Of a DNA stretch of 64,000 nucleotides, positions 19,320 to 26,548 are shown in pieces. Every line of letters starts with the position of its first letter. The first letter of the stretch is position 1. The stretch covers positions 91,986 through 155,985 of the forward strand of contig CAVUFU010000011.1 in NCBI GenBank assembly GCA_963740695.1, in the 5' to 3' direction. The stretch is from an uncultured Acidobacteriota bacterium (GTDB taxonomy: Bacteria; Acidobacteriota; Terriglobia; Acidiferrales; UBA7541). Under the pieces are notes generated by a model, which saw nothing but the letters and a program-made list of their open reading frames with translations, was not told where the DNA came from and did no database searches. The position numbers and the translations under genes were made by a program.

Positions 19320-21779
19320 ATGGAAACGTCTTCCGCGCTCTTTGAGCTTGCGAGCGTGGCTTTAGCCTGTCGCGACCAGGACACTTTGCTAAAAACGTTC
19401 GCCGCGCGCGTGGGCGCCAGCCTCGGCGCGCGCGCCGTTTTTGTGTGGACGCACGCTCCGGCTTCGAACGGCTCGCAGCACAGCAACGGCGACGAATCCG
19501 AAGGTCTGATCTGCCGCATGCGCTGGAACGAACCCGGGGAGCGGCTCGCGCCACTGGGCGAATCCGTCAGCGAAGGACTCCTCGCCGAAATCTACGAATC
19601 CGCTGAAACGCGGCGGCTGGGCGGCAAAGAAGTGGCCGACGACGGCTTCGAGCATCTCGATGACGCCAGCCGCGCGCGGGTGAAATCCGCGCTGTTTGCT
19701 TCGCTGCCGGGCGCGCAAAGCGCCGAAGGCGTCGTGGAAGTGCTCAACAAGCGCAGCGGCGAATTCACCGACGAAGACGCGCATTTCCTGGAGGAAGCCA
19801 GCCGGCTGGCCGGGACCGCACTCACGAACCTCGACGCTATCGAAAGCGAGCGCCACGCCCAGCTTTCGACGCTGGAACGCCTGACAGCGCTCTACGATCT
19901 CGGCCGCACGTTCACCTCTACGCTCGAACTCGGGGAATTGCTTCCAATTGTCGCTGGCAAAATTCGCGACATCCTCGGCGCCGGGTCCTGCAATCTGTGG
20001 CTCGCAGACGCGGGCTCGCAGGAAATGTATCTCGCGCAAAAAACCGGCGAAGATCCCACTATCGAGGATGATGCGCGCGTCTCGCTCACGGAAGGCTTGC
20101 TGGCGGAAGTCGCCCAGCAAGCGAGCCCGAAACTGGTGGAAGATCCCGCTGCGGAAGCCGGCTTCGCCGAGCGCTTGAAAGCCGGCGGCGAATTCGAAAT
20201 TAGCTCGTGGATCGGCGCACCGTTGCGCAAATCCAATGAAGTGCTGGGCGTCGTCGAACTGGTCAACAAACAAGACGGTTCGTCGTTCGACGAAGACGAT
20301 TTGTTTTTTCTCGAGACCATCAGCGAACAAGCTGCGGTGGCGCTGCACAATGCCAACCTGCTGGAATCCGAGCGCAAGGTTCACGCCCTCGACGCGCTGC
20401 TGAAAATTTCGCGGGAAATCACTTCCACACTCGATCTCGATCACGTCCTCTCCACCGTGGTGCACCAAGCCTCTTCAGTGGTTCCGTTCGATCGCTGCGT
20501 GATCGGCTTCTTCGACCGCGGCCGTTTCGTCCTTGGAGCGCTGTCCGGCGAGCCTGAAGTTCCCAAGACGCGTGAGATGAGCGACTTGCGTTCACGGCTG
20601 GAGTGGGTCGCCGGGCAGGAACAAGCCGTCTCCGCGGATCTCTACGAAGACGGTTGGCGCACGAACCCGGAAGATGCTCGCGCGCAAATTGTTCCTTTCC
20701 TCGAAGAGCACGAAGAAAACGGTTTCTACGCGCTGCCCCTGCGTGATGATCAAGGCACGCTGGGCGTGATGGCGCTGCTTAGCAGCGACGCCGATTTTCT
20801 CAGCGAAAATAATCGCGAGACGGTGGCGATTCTCGCGAACCAGACCACCGTCGCGATACGCAACGCGCAGCTCTACCAGCAAGTCCCGCTTGCGAATTTG
20901 CTGCAGCCCTGGACGCAGCGCAAAAAGAAACTGATGTCGGCGGTACCGCGCGGGCGCTGGGTGGAATATGCGCAGCGCGTTGGACTCGGCCTGATATTTC
21001 TCGCAGTCGTCCCCTGGCCGATGCGCGTAGGGACGGATGCGACCGTGGTTCCCGCCGAGCGCCGTTTGGTCAGCGCGATTGATGGCGGCGTGGTGCAGCG
21101 GGTCTTCGTTCACGAAGGCGACAAAGTGCAAGCCGGTCAGGCACTCGCGCAGCTCGATGACGGCGACGATCGCGTGAAGCTGGCGCAAGCGGAATCCGCT
21201 CTCGCGCAAGCGCGCCGCGATCTGGCCGACGCGGAGTTCCGCAACGATCCTTCCGCGGCGGGGCAGGCCAAAATCCGCGCGGACCTGCACGAATCCGAGG
21301 TGCAGCTCGAACAGCAGCGCGTCGCCGAGGCGCAACTGCGTTCGCCCATCGCGGGAATGGTGATCACGCCGAAAGTGGAAGAGAAGGCCGGCACGCTGGT
21401 AAAGCCGGGCGATGCTTTTGCCGAAATTGTGGGAGAAGACCGCATGGCGGCCGAAATGAGCGTGCCGGAAGAGGATTTGGAGCTGGTGCACCCGGGAAAA
21501 AATGTCGCGCTGAAATTGAACGCGTATCCCACCACCACGTTTCAAGGCACCGTCGAACGCATCGGCGCGCAGACGAAATCCGCGGCGGGAGAACAATATT
21601 TTATCGTGCGCGCGGTTTTTGATAATCCGGGCGGGCTTGCGCGCGACGGCATGGTGGGACGCGCGCGAATTCACGCCGGTGGCGGATGGTTTAAGAGCGG
21701 ATGGTATCCGGTGGGATACACTCTTTTGCGTTCACCCTTCCGTTGGCTGTGGCAAGAAGCGTGGAGTTGGCTGCCCTAG
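19320..21779 (+). CDS. Three tandem GAF domains + TM segment + HlyD/MFP-type periplasmic adaptor domain.
   Basis: 819 aa. It has three GAF-like repeats, the latter two ending in ...VALHNANLLE / ...VAIRNAQLYQ-type helices. A TM segment follows (VGLGLIFLAVVPWP). Then come a lipoyl-like/beta-barrel MFP region (GGVVQRVFVHEGDKVQAGQALAQLDD ... SPIAGMVITP ...) and a short coiled-coil. Confidence 0.75.
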   Translation: METSSALFELASVALACRDQDTLLKTFAARVGASLGARAVFVWTHAPASNGSQHSNGDESEGLICRMRWNEPGERLAPLGESVSEGLLAEIYESAETRRLGGKEVADDGFEHLDDASRARVKSALFASLPGAQSAEGVVEVLNKRSGEFTDEDAHFLEEASRLAGTALTNLDAIESERHAQLSTLERLTALYDLGRTFTSTLELGELLPIVAGKIRDILGAGSCNLWLADAGSQEMYLAQKTGEDPTIEDDARVSLTEGLLAEVAQQASPKLVEDPAAEAGFAERLKAGGEFEISSWIGAPLRKSNEVLGVVELVNKQDGSSFDEDDLFFLETISEQAAVALHNANLLESERKVHALDALLKISREITSTLDLDHVLSTVVHQASSVVPFDRCVIGFFDRGRFVLGALSGEPEVPKTREMSDLRSRLEWVAGQEQAVSADLYEDGWRTNPEDARAQIVPFLEEHEENGFYALPLRDDQGTLGVMALLSSDADFLSENNRETVAILANQTTVAIRNAQLYQQVPLANLLQPWTQRKKKLMSAVPRGRWVEYAQRVGLGLIFLAVVPWPMRVGTDATVVPAERRLVSAIDGGVVQRVFVHEGDKVQAGQALAQLDDGDDRVKLAQAESALAQARRDLADAEFRNDPSAAGQAKIRADLHESEVQLEQQRVAEAQLRSPIAGMVITPKVEEKAGTLVKPGDAFAEIVGEDRMAAEMSVPEEDLELVHPGKNVALKLNAYPTTTFQGTVERIGAQTKSAAGEQYFIVRAVFDNPGGLARDGMVGRARIHAGGGWFKSGWYPVGYTLLRSPFRWLWQEAWSWLP

Positions 21780-21818
21780 CGAGCTCGAAACAGGCGCAAC
21801 GAGGAATGAGGATCGGTC

Positions 21819-22745
21819 ATGAAGAAATTTGCACTGGCGTTGTTGATCGTCGCAACGGCCATCTGTTGCATTGGCTGCGATAATTCGACTGGGGCGTCCA
21901 GCCCGACGCCCGCGCCGCCTCCAGCGGCCGTTGCCCCTCCTCCCGCTGCCGTTACCGCGACGGCGAAGCCCGGTGACATCCTCAGCGTCCTGACGGTAGA
22001 GCATCAGGTGGATATCACCGCGCAGCGCGATGGAGTCGTCACCTCGCTCACGAGAGACGAAGGCAGCTCCGTAAAAGCAAACGAGGTGTTAGGCCAGCTC
22101 GACGACCGCTCCTTGCAAATGGAACTCATCAAGGCCCGCGACGATCTGCAAGTGGAGGATAACAACCGCAAATACAAGGAAGCCGAGCTCAAAGCCAAGA
22201 CCGCAGCTTTCCATCGCCAGCAGCAACTTCGCGCGCTAGGGCTTTCCAGCGACGCCGATCTGGAAGCCGCCGATTTTGAAGCCAAAGCCGCGGAATACGA
22301 TTTGCACGGATACGAAGCGCTGGTGGAAAGCGGCCACGCAGAAATCAATCGCCTGGATCTGGAACTTGACCAGACTCGCATTCATGCGCCCTTCGCCGGC
22401 GTCGTCGTACGGCGCTACATCCGCGAGGGGCAAGCCATTTCCAAAGGCGACAAATGTTTTCGCGTCAGCCAGCTCGCTCCGTTGCAAGTGCAATTCCAGG
22501 TGCCGGAATCTTCCGGGCGTCGTCCCACCGCCGGCGGCACCGTGGAGCTCTCGCTCGTAGACGACTCGAATCGCGCGCTCAATGCGCGGATTATGAAAGT
22601 CAGTCCCACGGTGGACGCCGCGAGCGACAGCTATGACGTTCTGGCGCAGCTTATTGGGCCTGGCCTCACGGATTTGCGGCCGGGCATGGCCGTGCGCGTA
22701 AGTTGGCCCGGCACGGCGCAGCCCAATTCACGCCCGAAACCCTGA
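21819..22745 (+). CDS. Lipoprotein, HlyD/RND-type membrane fusion protein.
   Basis: Lipobox LLIVATAICCIGC, a Pro/Ala linker, and MFP motifs (RDGVVTSLTRDEGSSVKANEVLGQLDD; coiled-coil; IHAPFAGVVVRRYIREGQ). Confidence 0.8.
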   Translation: MKKFALALLIVATAICCIGCDNSTGASSPTPAPPPAAVAPPPAAVTATAKPGDILSVLTVEHQVDITAQRDGVVTSLTRDEGSSVKANEVLGQLDDRSLQMELIKARDDLQVEDNNRKYKEAELKAKTAAFHRQQQLRALGLSSDADLEAADFEAKAAEYDLHGYEALVESGHAEINRLDLELDQTRIHAPFAGVVVRRYIREGQAISKGDKCFRVSQLAPLQVQFQVPESSGRRPTAGGTVELSLVDDSNRALNARIMKVSPTVDAASDSYDVLAQLIGPGLTDLRPGMAVRVSWPGTAQPNSRPKP

Positions 22746-22757
22746 CGGGAACATTCA

Positions 22758-24905
22758 ATGCGTTTTGGACCCACCAGCCTGCAAGTCTCCAGCGTCGCAG
22801 CCAAGGGCTTGCGCCGCCCGAAACTGCGCGAGGATCTACGGATCAGCGAGCAGACAGTGGCGGGCGAGACTAGCTACGTCATCAAGAACTACGAGACCAA
22901 TTCCTACAATCGCTACGGCAGCACGGAGTATGAGCTGCTCAAATTGTGCGACGGCGCGCACACCGCTGCCGAAATTTCAGATGAATTGACCACGCTCCAT
23001 CCGGATTCGCCGCTCAGCGAAGCCGAGGTGCTCGATTTCCTCGACAGCATCGAGCCCGCGATGTGGGAACGTTCGGTGGGCGAGAAGAATCTGGCAGTGC
23101 TCGAACGCATTCGCGACGAGCGCAAGGGCCGCGTCGATCAATCCAGCGTGCTGTATATCAGTTTCAAGGCTTGGGACCCCGACAAGACGCTCGCGAAAAT
23201 TGATCCCTACTTGAGCTGGATGTTCACATCCGGGTTTGTCGTTTTCTCGCTTTTCATATTCGTCATCGCCTGCTACCTGTTGGCCGGCGATTGGGCGCGC
23301 GTGCAACAGGATACTTCCGCGCTCTACAACTTTTCGGATAAGAGCGCCTACGACATCTGGATGTTCTGGATCCTGCTGATGATTCTTGGAGGGATCCACG
23401 AATTCGGGCACGGGCTCACCTGCAAGCACTTCGGTGGCGACGTGCACCAGATGGGATTTCTGCTGATTTATTTCACGCCCGCCTTCTACACGGACACCAC
23501 GGACATCCTTCTCTTCAAACGCGGCTCACAGCGCCAGTGGGTGATCTTCGCCGGCATCTGGATCGAATTGGTGCTGTGCGGGCTTTCGGGAGTGGTGTGG
23601 CACTTCTCGGCCGCCGGTTCGGTGCTGAACGACCTGGCCTATAAAATGATGCTGCTCAGCGGCATTCAAGGCGCGTTATTAAACTTGAATCCGCTGATCA
23701 AAGCGGACGGCTACTACGCGCTTTCGCAATTCCTGCAGGTGGACAACCTGCGCGAGGATTCTTTCGCATTTCTCCGCGCGTGGGCAGAGAAATATCTGCT
23801 GCGCCATGACATCGACTTGCCCGCGGCCAGCAAACGCCAGCGCCGCATCTTCTTTCTCTTCGGCGTCGCCGCCATCATTTACAGCACGTCGCTGTTGATC
23901 CTGGTTCTGACCTTTGCGAACAACGTTCTGGTGTCCAAGCTCGGAGATTGGTGGGGCGCACTGGCGACTCTGGGCGTGGTCTATTTCTTCACGCGGAAAG
24001 GAATCCGGCAGGTTTGGCCGCCCACGCTGGCCTGGCTGCGCCAGAAACGGGAGGACTACATGGCTTGGAAAATGACGCGCACGCAACAAGCGGGAGCGTT
24101 GGGCGTCGCGCTGCTGCTCCTTCTGCCGCCCGTAGGTTCCAGTGTCTCCACTCCTCTGGTGCTCGAACCGGGGCGAACCGCGCACGTTCACGCTGAAGTG
24201 CCCGGTCAAATCGCAAATGTCTACATTCAACAGGGTCAAACCGTTCAAGCCGGACAGGTGCTCGCCATCCTGCGCAACCCTGAAATCGAAGCGGACGCCG
24301 CCATTCTTCGCGAGCAACTTGCCCTGGCCAGTAGCGACCTGCGCAACGGGCAGGATCGCTCGGACTATGAAAAGGCCGCCGGCGCGGTGCGCGATCGCAA
24401 GCGTCTTCAAGAGGAATTCTCGGTTGCCGAAAATCGCGTCGCGGCGCTGCAGATTCGCGCACCGATGGATGGCGTTATTGCCACCGCCGGTGTGAGCCAA
24501 CGCGCCGGCGCGTTTCTTGACGCCGGCGATGAACTAACCACCGTAGTGGACCGCAGCACGATGAAAGCCCGCATCCTGGTTCGCGATTGGGACCTGGAGG
24601 ACGTTCATCCCGGCGCCGCAGCGAAAGCGAAAGTGATTCCGTTTCCGTACCGCACGTATAGCGGCAAAGTGGATCAAATCCTCCCGGCAGCAGCAGCCGA
24701 TCGCCCCGTCTCCGAGACGCAAGACCTGCAGCGCCTCGGCCAGCAGCTCACCAATTACTTTGCCGTGGACATGGAATTCGCCAATCCGGACGGCTCGTTG
24801 CGCGAGGGAATGACTGGGACGGCGAAAATCGCCGGCAAGAGGTCCTCGATAGCCCACCAGGTAGCCAGGGCCACCTCGCGCTGGATTCACGCACAGTTCT
24901 GGTAG
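22758..24905 (+). CDS. Fusion protein: PqqD-like (RRE-type) N-terminal domain + M50 site-2-protease membrane domain + HlyD/MFP C-terminal domain.
   Basis: 715 aa. The N-terminus YVIKNYETNSYNRYGSTEYELLKLCDGAHTAAEISDELTTLHP...EVLDFLDSI matches the PqqD pattern by eye. HExxH is at IHEFGHGLTCKHFGG and the second M50 motif at NLNPLIKADGYY. The C-terminus is MFP-like (VPGQIANVYIQQGQTVQAGQVLAIL ... APMDGVIAT ...). Confidence 0.75.
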   Translation: MRFGPTSLQVSSVAAKGLRRPKLREDLRISEQTVAGETSYVIKNYETNSYNRYGSTEYELLKLCDGAHTAAEISDELTTLHPDSPLSEAEVLDFLDSIEPAMWERSVGEKNLAVLERIRDERKGRVDQSSVLYISFKAWDPDKTLAKIDPYLSWMFTSGFVVFSLFIFVIACYLLAGDWARVQQDTSALYNFSDKSAYDIWMFWILLMILGGIHEFGHGLTCKHFGGDVHQMGFLLIYFTPAFYTDTTDILLFKRGSQRQWVIFAGIWIELVLCGLSGVVWHFSAAGSVLNDLAYKMMLLSGIQGALLNLNPLIKADGYYALSQFLQVDNLREDSFAFLRAWAEKYLLRHDIDLPAASKRQRRIFFLFGVAAIIYSTSLLILVLTFANNVLVSKLGDWWGALATLGVVYFFTRKGIRQVWPPTLAWLRQKREDYMAWKMTRTQQAGALGVALLLLLPPVGSSVSTPLVLEPGRTAHVHAEVPGQIANVYIQQGQTVQAGQVLAILRNPEIEADAAILREQLALASSDLRNGQDRSDYEKAAGAVRDRKRLQEEFSVAENRVAALQIRAPMDGVIATAGVSQRAGAFLDAGDELTTVVDRSTMKARILVRDWDLEDVHPGAAAKAKVIPFPYRTYSGKVDQILPAAAADRPVSETQDLQRLGQQLTNYFAVDMEFANPDGSLREGMTGTAKIAGKRSSIAHQVARATSRWIHAQFW

Positions 24906-24932
24906 CGCGCCACGAACCCCTGGGGATTGGTG

Positions 24933-24972
24933 CAGAAAAAAGGGAAAGAGCCGCCGTTCCTGGGACGGCGGC
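24933..24972 (-). terminator. Intrinsic terminator for micropeptide gene 1 (possibly bidirectional).
   Basis: Perfect 8-bp GC stem GCCGCCGT (24950..24957) / ACGGCGGC (24965..24972). On the minus strand it is followed by TCTTTCCCTTTTTTCT. Confidence 0.6.
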
Positions 24973-25037
24973 CCTTTGGGGGTGCTGCTACTGCAATCCT
25001 CGGCAGGCTGGACCTAACCGGAGGAACTTGTTAAATC

Positions 25038-25145
25038 TTACTGGAACCTGATCAAGGGCTTAATGCCCGGCAGGTCGGCGCGCTTCATCAACGGCTTTAC
25101 GTTACCGGTCTTCTTGCCCTTCACTGGCTTGGCATTCTTGGCCAT
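25038..25145 (-). CDS. Lys-rich micropeptide 1 (35 aa): MAKNAKPVKGKKTGNVKPLMKRADLPGIKPLIRFQ.
   Basis: Hand translation. SD AAGGGAGA lies 7 nt before the ATG (25145). It shares MAK...KK-x3-(T/V)KPL(M/L) with peptides 2 and 3. It is below the size cut-off of the ORF track. Confidence 0.55.
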   Translation of the reverse strand: MAKNAKPVKGKKTGNVKPLMKRADLPGIKPLIRFQ

Positions 25146-25196
25146 GATCCAATCTCCCTTGATCTTGTGTTTGTAACGCCGGCTCTGCAAACTCTT

Positions 25197-25232
25197 GAAA
25201 AGGGCCGCCCCTCGACGGCATCAGCCCTTTTC
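25197..25232 (-). other. Stem-loop between micropeptide genes 2 and 1 (terminator or attenuator candidate).
   Basis: Perfect 9-bp arms GAAAAGGGC (25197..25205) / GCCCTTTTC (25224..25232). There is no clean U-tract after it. Confidence 0.35.
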
Positions 25233-25306
25233 CAGGCTGAAACTTTGCAACGCCCTCACACCGCGTTCCTGAAACAACGCCGGTTGCCGAGCGTCGCAGT
25301 GGGAAC

Positions 25307-25384
25307 TTACCTCTTGCCGACCGGAACCATCAACGGCTTCGTCGCTTCGATCTTCTTTGCCTTCTTCAAGGTCTTCTTTGCCAT
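25307..25384 (-). CDS. Lys-rich micropeptide 2 (25 aa): MAKKTLKKAKKIEATKPLMVPVGKR.
   Basis: It forms the C-terminal part of the listed 114-aa ORF 25307..25651. SD GAGGGGGA lies 6 nt before the internal ATG at 25384, and a sigma54 promoter lies 49 nt upstream. It differs from peptide 3 in the first 18 codons by 4 synonymous third-position changes and 4 replacements. Confidence 0.65.
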   Translation of the reverse strand: MAKKTLKKAKKIEATKPLMVPVGKR

Positions 25385-25432
25385 TTTTGTTCCCCCTCGT
25401 TTGATTCGCCCATTGGGCGTCGCCGCAGTAGT

Positions 25433-25449
25433 ATGCAACGCTATCACCA
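25433..25449 (-). promoter_or_regulatory. Sigma54 (-24/-12) promoter for micropeptide 2.
   Basis: The minus strand reads TGGTGATAGCGTTGCAT, with GG-N10-GC spacing exactly as in the consensus TGGCAC-N5-TTGCA/T. Confidence 0.7.
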
Positions 25450-25559
25450 AACTCGGCGGCCTCCCGCAATCCTGCAAGGCCCTATTTTTGTTGCAGATGG
25501 CGTCCCAGCATTCATGCGCGTTCTCGATCAGGGCCTTTCTCGCGTTGAAATAATCACCG

Positions 25560-25579
25560 CCTGTTGAAAATTTCAACGG
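25560..25579. promoter_or_regulatory. Palindromic upstream activator site (enhancer B).
   Basis: GTTGAAA-a-TTTCAAC has perfect 7-bp arms (25563..25577). Its centre is about 129 nt upstream of the sigma54 promoter at 25433..25449. Confidence 0.6.
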
Positions 25580-25670
25580 AGCCGCCCCCCGCGGCACCAC
25601 ATCGCGCGCGCTGCTGCCCGCCAGTCGAAGATCTCGAATTGCCAGACCCACGGGAGGAATCGAGAAGGGG

Positions 25671-25715
25671 AAGCAAAAAACAAAAGGGCCGCCAGCCTCG
25701 CGGCGGCAGCCCTTT
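25671..25715 (-). terminator. Intrinsic terminator for micropeptide gene 3.
   Basis: Long GC-rich stem (AAAGGGCCGCC ... GGCGGCAGCCCTTT), followed on the minus strand by TGTTTTTTGCTT. Confidence 0.65.
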
Positions 25716-25785
25716 CATCATCTAATTCTGGCCGGCTGGCGCGCCCTACCTCGCGACAGGCGCGCGCAAGCCCCCGATAGGGTCA

Positions 25786-25863
25786 CTACTTATACGCGAT
25801 TGCTTTCAGCAACGGCTTGGTCGGGTTGATCTTCTTCGATTTCTTCAAGGTTTTCTTGGCCAT
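25786..25863 (-). CDS. Lys-rich micropeptide 3 (25 aa): MAKKTLKKSKKINPTKPLLKAIAYK.
   Basis: Hand translation. SD TGGGAGA lies 5 nt before the ATG (25863), a sigma54 promoter lies 47 nt upstream, and a terminator lies about 70 nt downstream. Confidence 0.65.
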   Translation of the reverse strand: MAKKTLKKSKKINPTKPLLKAIAYK

Positions 25864-25909
25864 GTTGTTCTCCCACACTTGATTTGCCCGGCTGGGCATG
25901 ACGACTTAT

Positions 25910-25926
25910 ATGCAAAGTCGTCGCCA
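25910..25926 (-). promoter_or_regulatory. Sigma54 (-24/-12) promoter for micropeptide 3.
   Basis: The minus strand reads TGGCGACGACTTTGCAT, with GG-N10-GC spacing. The flanks align with the promoter at 25433..25449 (TTTGG(C/T)GA...TTGCATA). Confidence 0.7.
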
Positions 25927-26039
25927 AAGTCCAGGCGCATCGCGCCGCGCTCCAACTGCCGCCTTTTGCTGCACATGGCATTCGCACCCGGTCGCGGCGC
26001 TGTCGGCCAGCCGCGCGGCCGCATTGAATTACTCATCAA

Positions 26040-26058
26040 CCGTTGATATTTTCAACGG
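26040..26058. promoter_or_regulatory. Palindromic upstream activator site (enhancer A).
   Basis: The plus strand reads CCGTTGATATTTTCAACGG (minus strand CCGTTGAAAATATCAACGG). Arms match 8 of 9. It has the same core as the site at 25560..25579. Its centre is about 131 nt upstream of the promoter at 25910..25926, and it overlaps the stop codon of the second SET gene. Confidence 0.6.
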
Positions 26059-26546
26059 CGCCTTCGGCTGCGCCGGCCATTGATCGTGCCGCGGCAGCTA
26101 GCCGCACCACAACGGCACGGAATCTGTTCCGCGTCGGGATGAAACCGATAGTCCAGAGTCAATTCTTCCCCTTTCGTTATCGTCCGGCGGCTGAACAACA
26201 GCATGCGGCCTCGCGCCCGGCGGTACGCAAGATTGGGGTCGCAACAGTGATTGATCAGTTGAGCTCCGTTTCCACCTACGGCTCCATTGATGACCCAGCG
26301 CTTGTTGAGACTCGCCAGATAAACCGGCGTGTGCAGTGAAGACTTCCAGTGCCGGTTGTGGGCTTGCAGTACTCGGCTGTACGGCACAAGCTCACCGGTG
26401 TACTCGATCACCTTGTGCCGCGCAGGAATCGCTTCTTCGGCGAATACGCCCCAGCGATGTATGGGCGACCGCCGGACCTTCAGCCGGTAGCGGGACGCTC
26501 CCGGAGCGATGGACCTGCGCACCGGTGATTGCTTACGAGCTGGCAT
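26052..26546 (-). CDS. SET-domain protein-lysine methyltransferase-like protein (copy B).
   Basis: RYRLKVRRSPIHRWGVFA..., LINHCCDPN (the NHSCxPN motif), GEELTLDYRF (catalytic Tyr context) and post-SET CRCGAASCRGT. I prefer the ATG at 26546 (MPARKQSP...) by analogy with copy A. That ATG lies 2 nt after the copy A stop (TAA-cg-ATG). Confidence 0.85.
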   Translation of the reverse strand: MPARKQSPVRRSIAPGASRYRLKVRRSPIHRWGVFAEEAIPARHKVIEYTGELVPYSRVLQAHNRHWKSSLHTPVYLASLNKRWVINGAVGGNGAQLINHCCDPNLAYRRARGRMLLFSRRTITKGEELTLDYRFHPDAEQIPCRCGAASCRGTINGRRSRRRR

Positions 26547-26548
26547 CG

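Noticed and set aside
19389-21674. Two about 360-aa minus-strand ORFs (19389..20468 and 20592..21674).
   Set aside because: They are antisense to the GAF-MFP gene, are Arg/Phe/His-rich, and belong to no family I recognise.
25167-25553. A 128-aa plus-strand ORF across the micropeptide region.
   Set aside because: It is antisense to two SD-preceded micropeptide genes and their promoter. It has no RBS and no recognisable family, and it spans a hairpin.
25307-25651. The 114-aa ORF listed on the minus strand, containing micropeptide 2 at its C-terminus.
   Set aside because: The long form would run through the enhancer palindrome and the sigma54 promoter. Similarity to the paralogue at 25786..25863 begins exactly at the internal MAKK, which has its own strong SD. 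The upstream part has a Gly/Arg/Ala-rich composition typical of spurious ORFs.
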